Origin: an uncultured Desulfobacter sp.
GTDB lineage: Bacteria > Desulfobacterota > Desulfobacteria > Desulfobacterales > Desulfobacteraceae
DNA: 64,000 nucleotides
NCBI GenBank assembly: GCA_963665095.1
Contig: OY762069.1
Location: 5,024,001-5,088,000 of the forward strand
Reading direction: 5' to 3'
In this document: one piece after another, positions 30,184-40,254 of the stretch
Layout: each line of letters opens with the position of its first letter
How positions within the stretch are numbered: position 1 is the first letter of the stretch
The notes under the pieces: generated by a model
Told to the model about the DNA's origin: nothing
The model's input: only the letters and a program-made list of their open reading frames with translations
Databases searched by the model: none
Made by a program: the position numbers and the translations under genes

Positions 30184-31794
30184 ATGACGAAATTTAAGTT
30201 TGAAACCATGTTTCCTCTGGGCGAGGATACGACTGAATACCGGCTTCTGACCAAGGAACATGTCCGGGTCAAGGAGTTTGAGGGCCGGGATATGGTTCTG
30301 GTGGAACCGGTGGCGCTGACCCTTCTGGCAAAACAGGCGTTCAAGGATGTGGCCCATCTCTACCGTGCCGGACATCTGGAACAGCTGCGGGCGGTGATTG
30401 ATGATTCTGAAAGTTCGGATAATGACAGGTACGTGGCCCTGGAGCTGTTGAAGAACGCCAAAATCTCAGCCGAGATGGTCTATCCCATGTGCCAGGATAC
30501 CGGGACCGCCATTATCATGGGCAAAAAAGGACAGCAGGTCTGGACCTGGTCTGATGATGAGTGCGAGCTGTCCAAAGGGGCCTTTGAAGCCTATACGGAA
30601 AACTTTCTGCGGTATTCACAGAACGCGCCTTTGACCATGTACAAGGAAGTGAACACCAAGTGTAATATGCCGGCCCAGGTGGATCTGACCGCGATTCAGG
30701 GTGATGAGTACAAATTTCTGTTCATGGCCAAGGGTGGCGGATCCGCCAATAAAACCTTTTTATTTCAGATGACCAAGGCGGTGCTCAATTCTGAACAGAT
30801 TCTGATTGATTTTATGCTGGAAAAGATGAAAAGCCTGGGGACAGCCGCCTGTCCACCATATCACATTGCATTTGTCATTGGCGGGACATCTGCGGAACTC
30901 AATTTAAAGACAGTAAAGCTGGCCTCGGCCCGGTATCTGGATACCCTGCCCACGGAAGGCAGTGAGACTGGCCATGCATTCAGGGATACGGACCTGGAGC
31001 AGAAGGTGCTGGAAAGATCCCGGGGACTGGGGCTTGGTGCCCAGTTCGGTGGCAAATATTTTGCCCTGGATATCCGGGTGATCCGGCTTCCGCGTCACGG
31101 CGCCTCCTGTCCTGTGGGTATCGGGGTCTCCTGCTCTGCAGACCGTCAGATCAAAGGTAAAATTACCCGGGACGGTGTGTTTCTGGAGCAGCTGGTGGAA
31201 AATCCGGAAACATACCTGCCGGCCAGTGAGCCTGAAATGGCCCCGGCTGTGGAGGTCGATCTGAACCGCTCCATGGATGAGATCCGGGCGGAACTGTCCA
31301 AATATCCGGTTTCCACACGTCTTTCTCTGACCGGTAAAATTATTGTGGCCCGGGACATTGCCCATGCCAAGTTCATGGAACGGTATGAAGCGGGCAAAGG
31401 CCTGCCCGACTACATTAAAAATCATATTATCTACTATGCCGGGCCTGCCAAGACCCCGGATGGTGAGGCTTCCGGTTCTTTTGGCCCCACCACGGCCGGC
31501 CGTATGGATCCCTATGTGCCCATTTTCCAGAAAGAGGGCGCGTCCATGATCATGCTGGCCAAAGGCAACCGCTCCCAGCAGGTGACCGATGCCTGTAAAA
31601 CCTTTGGCGGATTTTACCTGGGATCCCCTGGTGGCCCTGCCGCCCGTCTGGGCAAGGATTTTATTAAAAAGGTCGAGCTGGTGGAATATGAGGAACTGGG
31701 CATGGAAGCGGTTTACATGATCACGGTGGAAAAATTCCCCGCCTTTATCATTGTGGATGACAAAGGCAATGATTTTTATGCTGGCCTGGTTTAA
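30184..31794 (+). CDS. Class I fumarate hydratase
   Basis: [34 protein letters not shown]. Confidence 0.96.
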   Translation: MTKFKFETMFPLGEDTTEYRLLTKEHVRVKEFEGRDMVLVEPVALTLLAKQAFKDVAHLYRAGHLEQLRAVIDDSESSDNDRYVALELLKNAKISAEMVYPMCQDTGTAIIMGKKGQQVWTWSDDECELSKGAFEAYTENFLRYSQNAPLTMYKEVNTKCNMPAQVDLTAIQGDEYKFLFMAKGGGSANKTFLFQMTKAVLNSEQILIDFMLEKMKSLGTAACPPYHIAFVIGGTSAELNLKTVKLASARYLDTLPTEGSETGHAFRDTDLEQKVLERSRGLGLGAQFGGKYFALDIRVIRLPRHGASCPVGIGVSCSADRQIKGKITRDGVFLEQLVENPETYLPASEPEMAPAVEVDLNRSMDEIRAELSKYPVSTRLSLTGKIIVARDIAHAKFMERYEAGKGLPDYIKNHIIYYAGPAKTPDGEASGSFGPTTAGRMDPYVPIFQKEGASMIMLAKGNRSQQVTDACKTFGGFYLGSPGGPAARLGKDFIKKVELVEYEELGMEAVYMITVEKFPAFIIVDDKGNDFYAGLV

Positions 31795-31837
31795 GCTATT
31801 CTCATGTAAGTAGCTTTTAAACCAAGCGGTTATAAAA

Positions 31838-31894
31838 AGAACAGGCAGGTAAAGGCATTTTTAGTTGTCCGACACCTGCCTGTTCTGATTTTTA
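31838..31894 (+). terminator. Stem-loop after fumarase, probable terminator
   Basis: agaacaggcaggt (31838-31850)/acctgcctgttct (31874-31886) is a perfect 13-bp stem, followed by a T-rich tract. Confidence 0.6.
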
Positions 31895-32381
31895 TCCAGA
31901 TTTTAATTCGGGGGTTGCTATGATTCCGACACAAACACAAAAATTATCATTTGGTTAAGCATATACATGTTATACCTGTGTTAATTTCATAAAAACCTCG
32001 GGCCGGTATTGCAATAATTGCCTGGAAGCATTGTCAACTTAGGGCTTATGAACTTGAGAGGCAGGGTGTATATAGTTAAGCACCAAAAGCCAGGCCCATA
32101 CATCATGGAAGGGGCCCCTTATAAAAAAATTGACTTTTTATCAGTGATTTACTAAAAATTCCTTCGATTAAGATAGTGGCGAATAAAGTGATTAAAAAGA
32201 CTCAGCCTCATTTTTTTTATAGAAATCCCGAATCAGCTTTATAACGGTTTATTAGAAAAGGCTGGGTTCGGGAAACTGTTTTTTGGCCATTCATTCATTG
32301 TTTATGAATTGCTGACAGCAGCCGGTTCTGTAAAATGTAACCGACAGTGCGGAGCTATGCCCATCTGAAAGAGAGACATAT

Positions 32382-33950
32382 ATGATTCAAAACGATCTGA
32401 AAAACGAATCAGCGGGCGAAACATCCTCTATACCAGGCATTTCATACAAAGATTATCCCAAACAGGGCGTTGAACTTGACAGCCTGTCTGTCAAGTTCAT
32501 GAAACAGTTTGTTTTTGTGCCGCTGTCCCTGGAGGGCAATCTTCTCAAGCTCGCCATTGCCGATCCCGGCGAAACAGCCTATGTCAGTGAGGCTCTCAGA
32601 CTTTCATACGGGCATGATGTGGAAGTGCTCCAGGGAGACAGTCAGGATATCCTGGACACAATAGACCGTCTTTACGGAAGCGGCAGCCAGTCCATTGAGA
32701 ATATCATTGAAGAAGCCGGAAAAGAGATTTATGAGATTGAAACCGGAGACGGGGACAGTGTTGAGAATTTAAAGGATCTGGCGTCTGAAGCCCCTATTAT
32801 CCGACTGGTAAACCGGTTAATTGTAAATGCGGTAGAGGCCCAGGCCAGTGATATCCATTTTGAGCCTTTTGACAGGATCTTCAGGATAAGGTACCGCATA
32901 GACGGGGTCCTTCATGAAATTGAAACCCCTCCTATCCGGCTGCAGGCAGCTATTATTTCCAGGGTCAAAATCATGGCCAAGCTGGATATTGCCGAGCGCC
33001 GCCTTCCCCAGGATGGGAGTATCAAGCTCAAGATCGCAGACCGGGAGATTGACTTCAGGGTTTCCACGGTTCCCACGCTTTACGGGGAGAGTCTTGTAAT
33101 GAGAATCCTGGACCGGGAGTCTTTAACTCTGGATTTAAAAACTTTGGGTTTTCCGGATGATATTTACGAGAAATATCTTGACCTGATACATCAGCCCTAT
33201 GGCATGATTCTGGTGACCGGCCCTACAGGGAGTGGAAAAACATCCACCCTGTACACCACCCTTGCCATGATCAATTCATCTGAAAAAAAAGTCATCACAC
33301 TTGAGGATCCTGTTGAATATCAGCTTTCCGGAGTAAATCAGATTCATGTTAAGCCTAAAATCGGACTGACTTTTGCTGCAGGCCTGAGATCCATTGTCCG
33401 CCAGGATCCTGATATTATCCTGGTTGGAGAGATCAGGGACCGGGAAACGGCAGAGATATCCATTCAGTCTGCCCTGACCGGCCATCTGCTTTTCAGCACC
33501 CTTCATACCAACGACTCCGCAGGGGCAATCACCCGGCTTATGGATATGGGGGTGGAAAGCTTCCTGCTCAGCTCCACCTTGCTTGGTATTATGGCCCAGA
33601 GGCTGGTGCGGGTCATTTGTCCCGTGTGCAAAGAGGTGTTTCGCCCTGATAAGCGGTTGATACAGTTGATGAGGCTGTCGGAAAAAGAGTTAGACGGAAT
33701 GCGCTTTTTCCATGGTGCCGGCTGTGATGCCTGCCATAATACCGGGTTTAAAGGTCGGACGGCCATTTTTGAGTACCTGCCAATTAATGAGACGATCAGA
33801 AGGGAAATTGTGAATCGGTCCAGTACCGAAACGATAAAAAAGCAGGCAACCCAATTTGGTGTCAGAACCCTTAGGGAGGATGGCTGGGAAAAGGTTAAAC
33901 AGGGGGTTACAACGATTTCAGAAGTACTCAGGGTGACGTTGGAAGCTTAA
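32382..33950 (+). CDS. gspE: Type II secretion ATPase
   Basis: ASDIHFEP, LDIAERRLPQDG, GPTGSGKT, EDPVE, RQDPDIILVGEIRD, CPVC...CDAC zinc motif. Confidence 0.93.
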   Translation: MIQNDLKNESAGETSSIPGISYKDYPKQGVELDSLSVKFMKQFVFVPLSLEGNLLKLAIADPGETAYVSEALRLSYGHDVEVLQGDSQDILDTIDRLYGSGSQSIENIIEEAGKEIYEIETGDGDSVENLKDLASEAPIIRLVNRLIVNAVEAQASDIHFEPFDRIFRIRYRIDGVLHEIETPPIRLQAAIISRVKIMAKLDIAERRLPQDGSIKLKIADREIDFRVSTVPTLYGESLVMRILDRESLTLDLKTLGFPDDIYEKYLDLIHQPYGMILVTGPTGSGKTSTLYTTLAMINSSEKKVITLEDPVEYQLSGVNQIHVKPKIGLTFAAGLRSIVRQDPDIILVGEIRDRETAEISIQSALTGHLLFSTLHTNDSAGAITRLMDMGVESFLLSSTLLGIMAQRLVRVICPVCKEVFRPDKRLIQLMRLSEKELDGMRFFHGAGCDACHNTGFKGRTAIFEYLPINETIRREIVNRSSTETIKKQATQFGVRTLREDGWEKVKQGVTTISEVLRVTLEA

Positions 33951-33951
33951 A

Positions 33952-35181
33952 ATGCCGTTGTATGCCTATAAAGCAGTAGATCCATCCGGCAAAGTATCAA
34001 ATTCCGCCATTGAGGCCGGAAGTGAGAAGGAGGCAGTAAATCTTTTACAGAATGCCGGCCTGATGCCCATTCGTATTAGCGTCTCCTCCCAAAAAGAGTC
34101 AAAGGTTTCCGGCCTTTTATCTATTGATCTTTTATCTTTTTTTCAACGGGTTTCATCCAAAGATGTGATGCATTTTACACAGGATTTAACCGCACTTCTT
34201 GAAGCAGGGCTGCCGGTTGACCGGTCTCTTGGCATTCTTCTGGAAGCTACTGAAAATCCGAAATTTAAAGAAACCATTAAAGATATTCTCAAGGCCATTG
34301 AAGGCGGGGTGAGCCTTTCCGAAGCATTGGGACGTCATCCCAAAGCATTCTCCGATTTTTATATCAACATGATTAAGGCCGGGGAGGCAGGCGGAATTTT
34401 AAGCAAGGTTCTGGAGCGTCTGGGTATTTTCCTTGAAACGTCCCAGGAGCTTAAAGATTATATTAAATCCGCCATGATTTATCCCTTGTTCCTCCTGGGG
34501 GTCGGGGGACTGTCTATTATTGTGCTGATGACCTATGTAATTCCTAATTTCAGCGTTATTTTCGCAGATATGGGAGATGCTATTCCCTGGTCAACCAGAC
34601 TCCTTCTGGATGCCAGCCATGCATTTCGGGCATACTGGTGGGCGGCACTCATTGCCCTGGTATTGATCTATTTAGTCATAAGAAAACTGATTAAAAGTCC
34701 GAAAGGCAAGATCCGGTTCGATGCCTTAAAAATGAAATTACCCCTTGTGGGGGACCTTATCCGGAAGGTTGAGGTCGGTCGGATTTCCCGGACATTGGGG
34801 ACCCTGATTGAAAGCGGTGTGCCAATTTTAAATGCGATTATACTGGCAAAGGATATTGTGAGCAACCAGACAATAGCCATGACCATGGACGGTATATACA
34901 GCAAAGTAAAGGAAGGGGAAAGTCTTTCCCATCCTTTAAGCCAGACGGACATTTTTCCTTCCCTGGCAATTCATATGATCCGGGTGGGGGAAGAAACAGG
35001 AAATTTATCCGGGATGCTTCTTAAATTGTCGGATAATTATGACAAGGTAGTTAAAAACCTGGTGAAAAGGGTTGTCAGCCTTATGGAGCCGGTTATGATT
35101 CTGATCATGGGTGTTGTTATCGGATCCATCGTGGTGTCCATGCTGATGGCAATTTTCAGTATGAATGATATATCTTTTTAG
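33952..35181 (+). CDS. gspF: Type II secretion inner-membrane platform protein
   Basis: LLEAGLP, AGEAGG.L, SAMIYP, GEETGNL, LMEPVMIL. Confidence 0.93.
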   Translation: MPLYAYKAVDPSGKVSNSAIEAGSEKEAVNLLQNAGLMPIRISVSSQKESKVSGLLSIDLLSFFQRVSSKDVMHFTQDLTALLEAGLPVDRSLGILLEATENPKFKETIKDILKAIEGGVSLSEALGRHPKAFSDFYINMIKAGEAGGILSKVLERLGIFLETSQELKDYIKSAMIYPLFLLGVGGLSIIVLMTYVIPNFSVIFADMGDAIPWSTRLLLDASHAFRAYWWAALIALVLIYLVIRKLIKSPKGKIRFDALKMKLPLVGDLIRKVEVGRISRTLGTLIESGVPILNAIILAKDIVSNQTIAMTMDGIYSKVKEGESLSHPLSQTDIFPSLAIHMIRVGEETGNLSGMLLKLSDNYDKVVKNLVKRVVSLMEPVMILIMGVVIGSIVVSMLMAIFSMNDISF

Positions 35182-35272
35182 TCTGAAGACATTCGGCTGA
35201 ACTTAAGGATAGAGCCCTTTTACCTGATAATATGAAAGCACCAGTCTAACAGCCTGAGACAGGAGAAATTTA

Positions 35273-35716
35273 ATGAGACAAAGAAATAATAAGAATGAAA
35301 AAGGTTTTTCCCTTATAGAACTGCTCATCGTCATGGTGATTATCGGCTTGCTCGCCTCGCTGGTCGGGCCCAAGATGTTTGGTAAAGTCGGCAAGTCCAA
35401 ACAGAAATCGGCAAAAGCGCAAATTTCTCTTTTTGAAACAGCGCTGGATATGTACAGGCTGGATATGGGGAAATATCCGACTTCTGACGAGGGCCTGGCT
35501 GCATTGAGGAACAAACCGGATGATGAAGGTCGGTGGGACGGTCCATACCTGCCCAAGGAGCTCCCTGCAGACCCCTGGGGGCATCCCTACCACTATGAAT
35601 CTCCTTCTGAACATGGCGATTATGAGATAATCTCTTATGGTGCAGACGGAAATGAAGGTGGCGAAGGGGAAGACCAGGATATCGTCAGCTGGAAGGATCT
35701 TGAAAAAGAATCCTAG
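35273..35716 (+). CDS. gspG: Major pseudopilin
   Basis: G|FSLIE prepilin site; ALDMYRLDMGKYPT..GL.AL, WDGPYL, DPWGHPY.Y, SYGADG..GG.GEDQDI. Confidence 0.95.
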   Translation: MRQRNNKNEKGFSLIELLIVMVIIGLLASLVGPKMFGKVGKSKQKSAKAQISLFETALDMYRLDMGKYPTSDEGLAALRNKPDDEGRWDGPYLPKELPADPWGHPYHYESPSEHGDYEIISYGADGNEGGEGEDQDIVSWKDLEKES

Positions 35717-36227
35717 TGCCGGCTTCACACTGATCGAGCTGATCATAGTTCTGGTCATTGTCGGGCTTTTGTCTGGGCTGGTTATGCCCCGGATGTTCCA
35801 GAGCATGACCCGTATTGAACTGAGAAAGGCTGCCGGTGATATGGTTTCCTTGTTGCGCAGCGCCAGAGACCAGGCCTACTACAGGAAACTTTTTATAAAA
35901 GTGTCATTTAACCCCGACACAGGTAAGGTCTCACTTTTCAGGTACCAGCGAGCCTCTGAGGAAGACGGGACATCCTTGGCCGGGCCAGAGATGGTGTGGG
36001 GCCTGCTAAAAGAGGTTGCCCTTCCCAAAAGCGTGTCAATAGCAAGTATTGATAAAAAAAAAGATAGCGAGTCTGAAGATGTTTATGACCTGTTTTTTTA
36101 TCCTGCAGGCACCTCGGATGGCGGCATAATTACTTTGATGGACAAAAAAGGCAGGGTTTTTAAAATTTCAGTGGACAGGATAACCGGCAAGGTGCGAATA
36201 GCAGAAGATGATAATGAAGACAGATAA
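35700..36227 (+). CDS. gspH: Minor pseudopilin GspH/FimT-like
   Basis: G|FTLIE, LRSARDQA, FYPAGTSDGG, TGKVRI. TTG start at 35700 overlaps gspG. Confidence 0.85.
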   Translation: MKKNPSAGFTLIELIIVLVIVGLLSGLVMPRMFQSMTRIELRKAAGDMVSLLRSARDQAYYRKLFIKVSFNPDTGKVSLFRYQRASEEDGTSLAGPEMVWGLLKEVALPKSVSIASIDKKKDSESEDVYDLFFYPAGTSDGGIITLMDKKGRVFKISVDRITGKVRIAEDDNEDR

Positions 36228-37191
36228 CTATGCTGATGAAATGATATCGGTTACCATACCGGTTTTCAATGAGGAAGAGAATCTGGATCAGCTTTATGAG
36301 AAATTGATTCAGACTCTTGATCCAATGGGCCTGGTATATGAAATTATTTTTATTAATGACGGCAGTTCCGATAAAAGCCCTGGTATTTTAAACCAGCTGG
36401 CCAAAAAAGACGGGCGGGTAAAAGTTATTCACTTTACACGAAATTTTGGTCAGACAGCCGCAATGATGGCCGGATTTGATCATGCCTCCGGAGACATTAT
36501 CATACCCATGGACGCAGACCTCCAGAATGATCCGGAAGATATCCCCCGGCTGGTTGAAAAGCTGCATCAGGGGTATGATTTATGTTCCGGATGGCGTAAG
36601 AATCGAAAGGACGGTTCCATCAGGCGGGTTCTGGTCAGCAAAATTGCCAACAAACTGGTATCTAAAATATCGGGAGTCAGGCTTAAGGATTATGGATGCA
36701 CCCTTAAGGCCTATCGCAAAAAAATTATAAAGGGCGTTCGGCTTTACGGGGAGATGCACAGGTTTATTCCCATTTATGCCAGCTGGGAAGGGGCAAAGAT
36801 TGCAGAACTTCCGGTAAAACATCATCCCAGGCTTCACGGAAAGTCCAAATACGGTCTGGAACGGACCATTAAAGTGATTCTTGATCTCATTGTAATTACC
36901 TTTCTGGATAATTATGCCCAAAAGCCCATTTACGTGTTTGGCGGGGCAGGAATTATCAGCGCCATTATTTCTTTTGGGGTTTTCGGTTATGCCTCCTGGT
37001 TGAAATTTTTTAAGAACATTTCTTATATTGAAACACCTTTGCCGGTTCTTGCGTCCATGACCATGCTCGGGGCGTTTATCTGTATCCTTATGGGGCTTTT
37101 AGCCGAGATGATCATGAGAACCTATTATGAGGCCCAGCATAAAAGCATCTATCTGGTGGACGAGATGAAAAATATCGAGGTTCCCAGCTGA
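36208..37191 (+). CDS. GT2 polyprenol-phosphate glycosyltransferase (ArnC/GtrB-like)
   Basis: IPVFNEE, NDGSSD, RNFGQTAAM.AG, MDADLQNDP, DYGCTLKAYR, two C-terminal TM helices. Confidence 0.9.
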   Translation: MIMKTDNYADEMISVTIPVFNEEENLDQLYEKLIQTLDPMGLVYEIIFINDGSSDKSPGILNQLAKKDGRVKVIHFTRNFGQTAAMMAGFDHASGDIIIPMDADLQNDPEDIPRLVEKLHQGYDLCSGWRKNRKDGSIRRVLVSKIANKLVSKISGVRLKDYGCTLKAYRKKIIKGVRLYGEMHRFIPIYASWEGAKIAELPVKHHPRLHGKSKYGLERTIKVILDLIVITFLDNYAQKPIYVFGGAGIISAIISFGVFGYASWLKFFKNISYIETPLPVLASMTMLGAFICILMGLLAEMIMRTYYEAQHKSIYLVDEMKNIEVPS

Positions 37192-39068
37192 TGTGCGGCA
37201 TTGCCGGATTTGCAGGTGATGGTTCCCATAATGACCTTAAAGCCATGACCACCGCTCTGGCCCACCGGGGACCGGACGCAGAAGATTTTTTCAATGACCG
37301 GGAGTCTTCAGTATATCTGGGACACAGACGGCTTTCCATTATTGATCTTCAGGACGGGGCCCAGCCCATGTCCACTGCTGATAATGAGCTTGTCATTGTT
37401 TTCAATGGTGAAATTTATAATCATGTCGCGCTTCGCAAAGAACTGGAAGACAGGGGACACCGGTTTATTTCCCATCATTCTGACACAGAAGTCCTTCTTC
37501 ATGGTTACAGGGAGTGGGGACGGCGCATGCCGGAAAAACTAAACGGGATGTGGGCTTTTGCCCTTTTTGATAAAAAGGCACAGCAGCTGTTTCTCAGCCG
37601 GGACAGATTCGGCAAAAAGCCTTTGTACTACACTCTTCAGAATAAAGCTTTTGTCTTTGCATCCGAGCTGTCTGCTTTGACGATCCATTCCAGGGTGGAT
37701 GCCAGCCTCTCTTCCGGCATGCTTAAAAAGTATTTTGCCTATGGATATATCCCGGCGCCGGGATCTGTTTATGAAAGAATATACAAGCTTCCAGGCGGCT
37801 GTTCATTAATCTATGATTTACGTTCGGGCAGGCTTGAGGTTGAAAAATACTGGGAATTTAAGATAGAGCCCTTTGACCGGATTCCGTCCCGCCCGGTTGA
37901 GGAGTGGGGCGAACAGTTAAGGGAGTTAATTTCCAGGGCGGTTAAGCGAAGGCTTATTTCAGATGTCCCCCTTGGGGTCTTTCTAAGCGGGGGAATAGAT
38001 TCCTCATGCGTGACCGCCTATGCTGCCAAAGCCATGAATTCACCAGCTGCTTTAAAAACTTTTTCCATCAGTTTTGAAGAAAAGAGTTTTGATGAGTCTG
38101 AATTTTCAGAAAGAACAGCCCGGTTCATTGGCACGGACCATCACAATGAGATGCTTTCAATGGAGCGGTCCATGACCCTGCTGCCGGAGATTGTCGGCAA
38201 ACTGGATGAGCCCATGGGAGACAGTTCCATTCTACCAACCTACCTTCTCAGCCGGGTAACCAGAAAACATGTTACTGTCGCCCTTGGAGGCGACGGGGCT
38301 GATGAGCTCTTTGCCGGTTATGATCCGTTTCGGGCATTGAAATATGCAAAGCTTTATAATTCGGTAATCCCAAGACCTGTTCATATGGGAATCTGCATGC
38401 TTTGCAGCCGGCTACCGGTATCCCATCGTAATATGAGCCTCGATTTCAAGATTAAACGAACCTTAAGGGGGCTAAGCTACGATAAAAAGCTGTGGAATCC
38501 GGTCTGGCTGGGTCCGTTGTCACCGGATGAGATTTCAGATCTGTTTCATGAACCGGTTGATATTGAGGACCTTTACTCAGAAGCAATCAACCTGTGGGAT
38601 CAGTGCCAAAGCACCAGCCTGATTGATCAGGCCCTTCAGTTTTATACCCGGTTGTATCTTCAGGATGATATCTTAACGAAAGTTGACCGGGCCTCCATGA
38701 TGAACTCCCTTGAAGTCAGAGCTCCGTTCCTTGATCTTGACCTTGTTGATTTTGTAAGAAAAATTCCTTATACATTTAAATTCAGAAACGGCCAGACTAA
38801 GTATATTCTTAAAAAAGCCTTGGAACCGGTATTGCCCAGGGAAATTCTGTACCGTTCCAAAAAAGGGTTCGGCATACCGGTGGGAAGGTGGCTAAAACAA
38901 CCTTTTTTTAAACACAAACCAGCCCGGTATCAAAATATCCTGTCTGCCGATTTTATCCAGAAGCGTATGCAGGAACACATTTCAGATAATAAGGACAACC
39001 GTTCCTTTTTATGGAACCATTGGCTTCTATCCGAATGGTCTCAAGGTAAGGGATTCAGCCTTTCATAA
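37191..39068 (+). CDS. asnB: Asparagine synthase-like glutamine amidotransferase
   Basis: MCGIAG, HRGPD, FNGEIYN, LSGGIDS, GDGADELFAGY, KVDRASM. Confidence 0.93.
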   Translation: MCGIAGFAGDGSHNDLKAMTTALAHRGPDAEDFFNDRESSVYLGHRRLSIIDLQDGAQPMSTADNELVIVFNGEIYNHVALRKELEDRGHRFISHHSDTEVLLHGYREWGRRMPEKLNGMWAFALFDKKAQQLFLSRDRFGKKPLYYTLQNKAFVFASELSALTIHSRVDASLSSGMLKKYFAYGYIPAPGSVYERIYKLPGGCSLIYDLRSGRLEVEKYWEFKIEPFDRIPSRPVEEWGEQLRELISRAVKRRLISDVPLGVFLSGGIDSSCVTAYAAKAMNSPAALKTFSISFEEKSFDESEFSERTARFIGTDHHNEMLSMERSMTLLPEIVGKLDEPMGDSSILPTYLLSRVTRKHVTVALGGDGADELFAGYDPFRALKYAKLYNSVIPRPVHMGICMLCSRLPVSHRNMSLDFKIKRTLRGLSYDKKLWNPVWLGPLSPDEISDLFHEPVDIEDLYSEAINLWDQCQSTSLIDQALQFYTRLYLQDDILTKVDRASMMNSLEVRAPFLDLDLVDFVRKIPYTFKFRNGQTKYILKKALEPVLPREILYRSKKGFGIPVGRWLKQPFFKHKPARYQNILSADFIQKRMQEHISDNKDNRSFLWNHWLLSEWSQGKGFSLS

Positions 39069-39093
39069 ATCAGGATTTAAGAACTGCCATAAA

Positions 39094-40254
39094 ATGAACA
39101 TTCTGCTTATCAATTATGAGTTCCCTCCCCTTGGTGCAGGCGCATCAACCGCCACATGGCACATCGGCAAAGAACTTGCTGCCATGGGGCACAGGGTATT
39201 AGTGGTTACTTCGGGATTCAAAAAGAATACAGGGTATGGCCTTGAAAACGGAATGACAATTTACAGGTGCCCGGCTATTCGGAAGAAAGTGTCCCAGTCT
39301 AATTTACTGGAAATGGCATCCTTTGTGGCCTCAGCGTTTATCTGTTTGCCCCGTCTTGTACGAAAACACAGAATTGAAGGGGCAATTGTTTTTTTTTCCT
39401 TTCCTTGCGGTCCTTTAGGACTGTGGATCAATTTGTTATTCAAGACCCCATATATTGTTTCGCTCAGGGGAGGAGACGTTCCGGGCAATGAAAAGCGGTT
39501 GGATAGAATACATAAAATTCTTACACCCCTAAGACGTTTGGTTTACAGAAAAAGTCTGGCAGTGGTTGCAAACTCCCAGGGCTTAAAAAAAATGGCCGAG
39601 AAAGCAGACTTATATCCTGTCAGTGTGATCTCCAACGGAATTGATACGAATTTTTTTACGCCCGCGGAAAAAAAGTTGAATGGCAAGTATTTTCGCTTTA
39701 TGTTTGCCGGCAGGCTGTCGGATCAAAAAAATTTGTTTTTTATGCTAAGCCAGCTGGCCAAATTGAAACAAGCTGGATTTTATAGATTGAAAATTCATAT
39801 GGCAGGTGATGGGCCTCTGAAAAAAAAACTTCAAAATTTTGCCAGTGAAGCAGGGCTGTCTGAAAACATAGAGTGGCACGGATGGGTGTTCAAAAATAGA
39901 CTTCTTGAGCTTTATCAGAATTCACACTGTTTTATAAATCCATCTTTTTGCGAAGGTATGCCAAATACTGTCCTTGAAGCCATGGCATGCGGTTTGATTG
40001 TTATCGCAAGCAATGTTCCAGGGAATAACGATATAATAAAGCATGGACAAAACGGTCTTTTATTTGATCTTTCTTCCCATGAAGAGATGAGGGATTTTCT
40101 GGGTGTTGTTACCAAGAGCCATAATTTGAATGAGAAACTAAAACGAAATGCCAGAGAAACGGTTTTGAAAAAATTTTCCTGGTGTAAGGCTGCAACTGAC
40201 TTTTCCTATATGTTACTAACTGAAAAATCAAATCAATGTTTTATAAGTAAATGA
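39094..40254 (+). CDS. GT4 glycosyltransferase
   Basis: NYEFPPLGAG, NGID, EGMPNTVLEAMACG. Confidence 0.9.
   Translation: MNILLINYEFPPLGAGASTATWHIGKELAAMGHRVLVVTSGFKKNTGYGLENGMTIYRCPAIRKKVSQSNLLEMASFVASAFICLPRLVRKHRIEGAIVFFSFPCGPLGLWINLLFKTPYIVSLRGGDVPGNEKRLDRIHKILTPLRRLVYRKSLAVVANSQGLKKMAEKADLYPVSVISNGIDTNFFTPAEKKLNGKYFRFMFAGRLSDQKNLFFMLSQLAKLKQAGFYRLKIHMAGDGPLKKKLQNFASEAGLSENIEWHGWVFKNRLLELYQNSHCFINPSFCEGMPNTVLEAMACGLIVIASNVPGNNDIIKHGQNGLLFDLSSHEEMRDFLGVVTKSHNLNEKLKRNARETVLKKFSWCKAATDFSYMLLTEKSNQCFISK

Noticed and set aside
29995..30375. Short ORFs spanning the frdB-fumarase gap (29995-30375 minus, 30006-30197 plus)
   Set aside because: They read through the palindromic repeat and overlap real genes.
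32382..36227. Type IV pilus (pilB/pilC/pilA) assignment
   Set aside because: The pilin has GspG-specific motifs (WDGPYL, DPWG, SYGADG), gene order is E-F-G-H, and no pilT is present.
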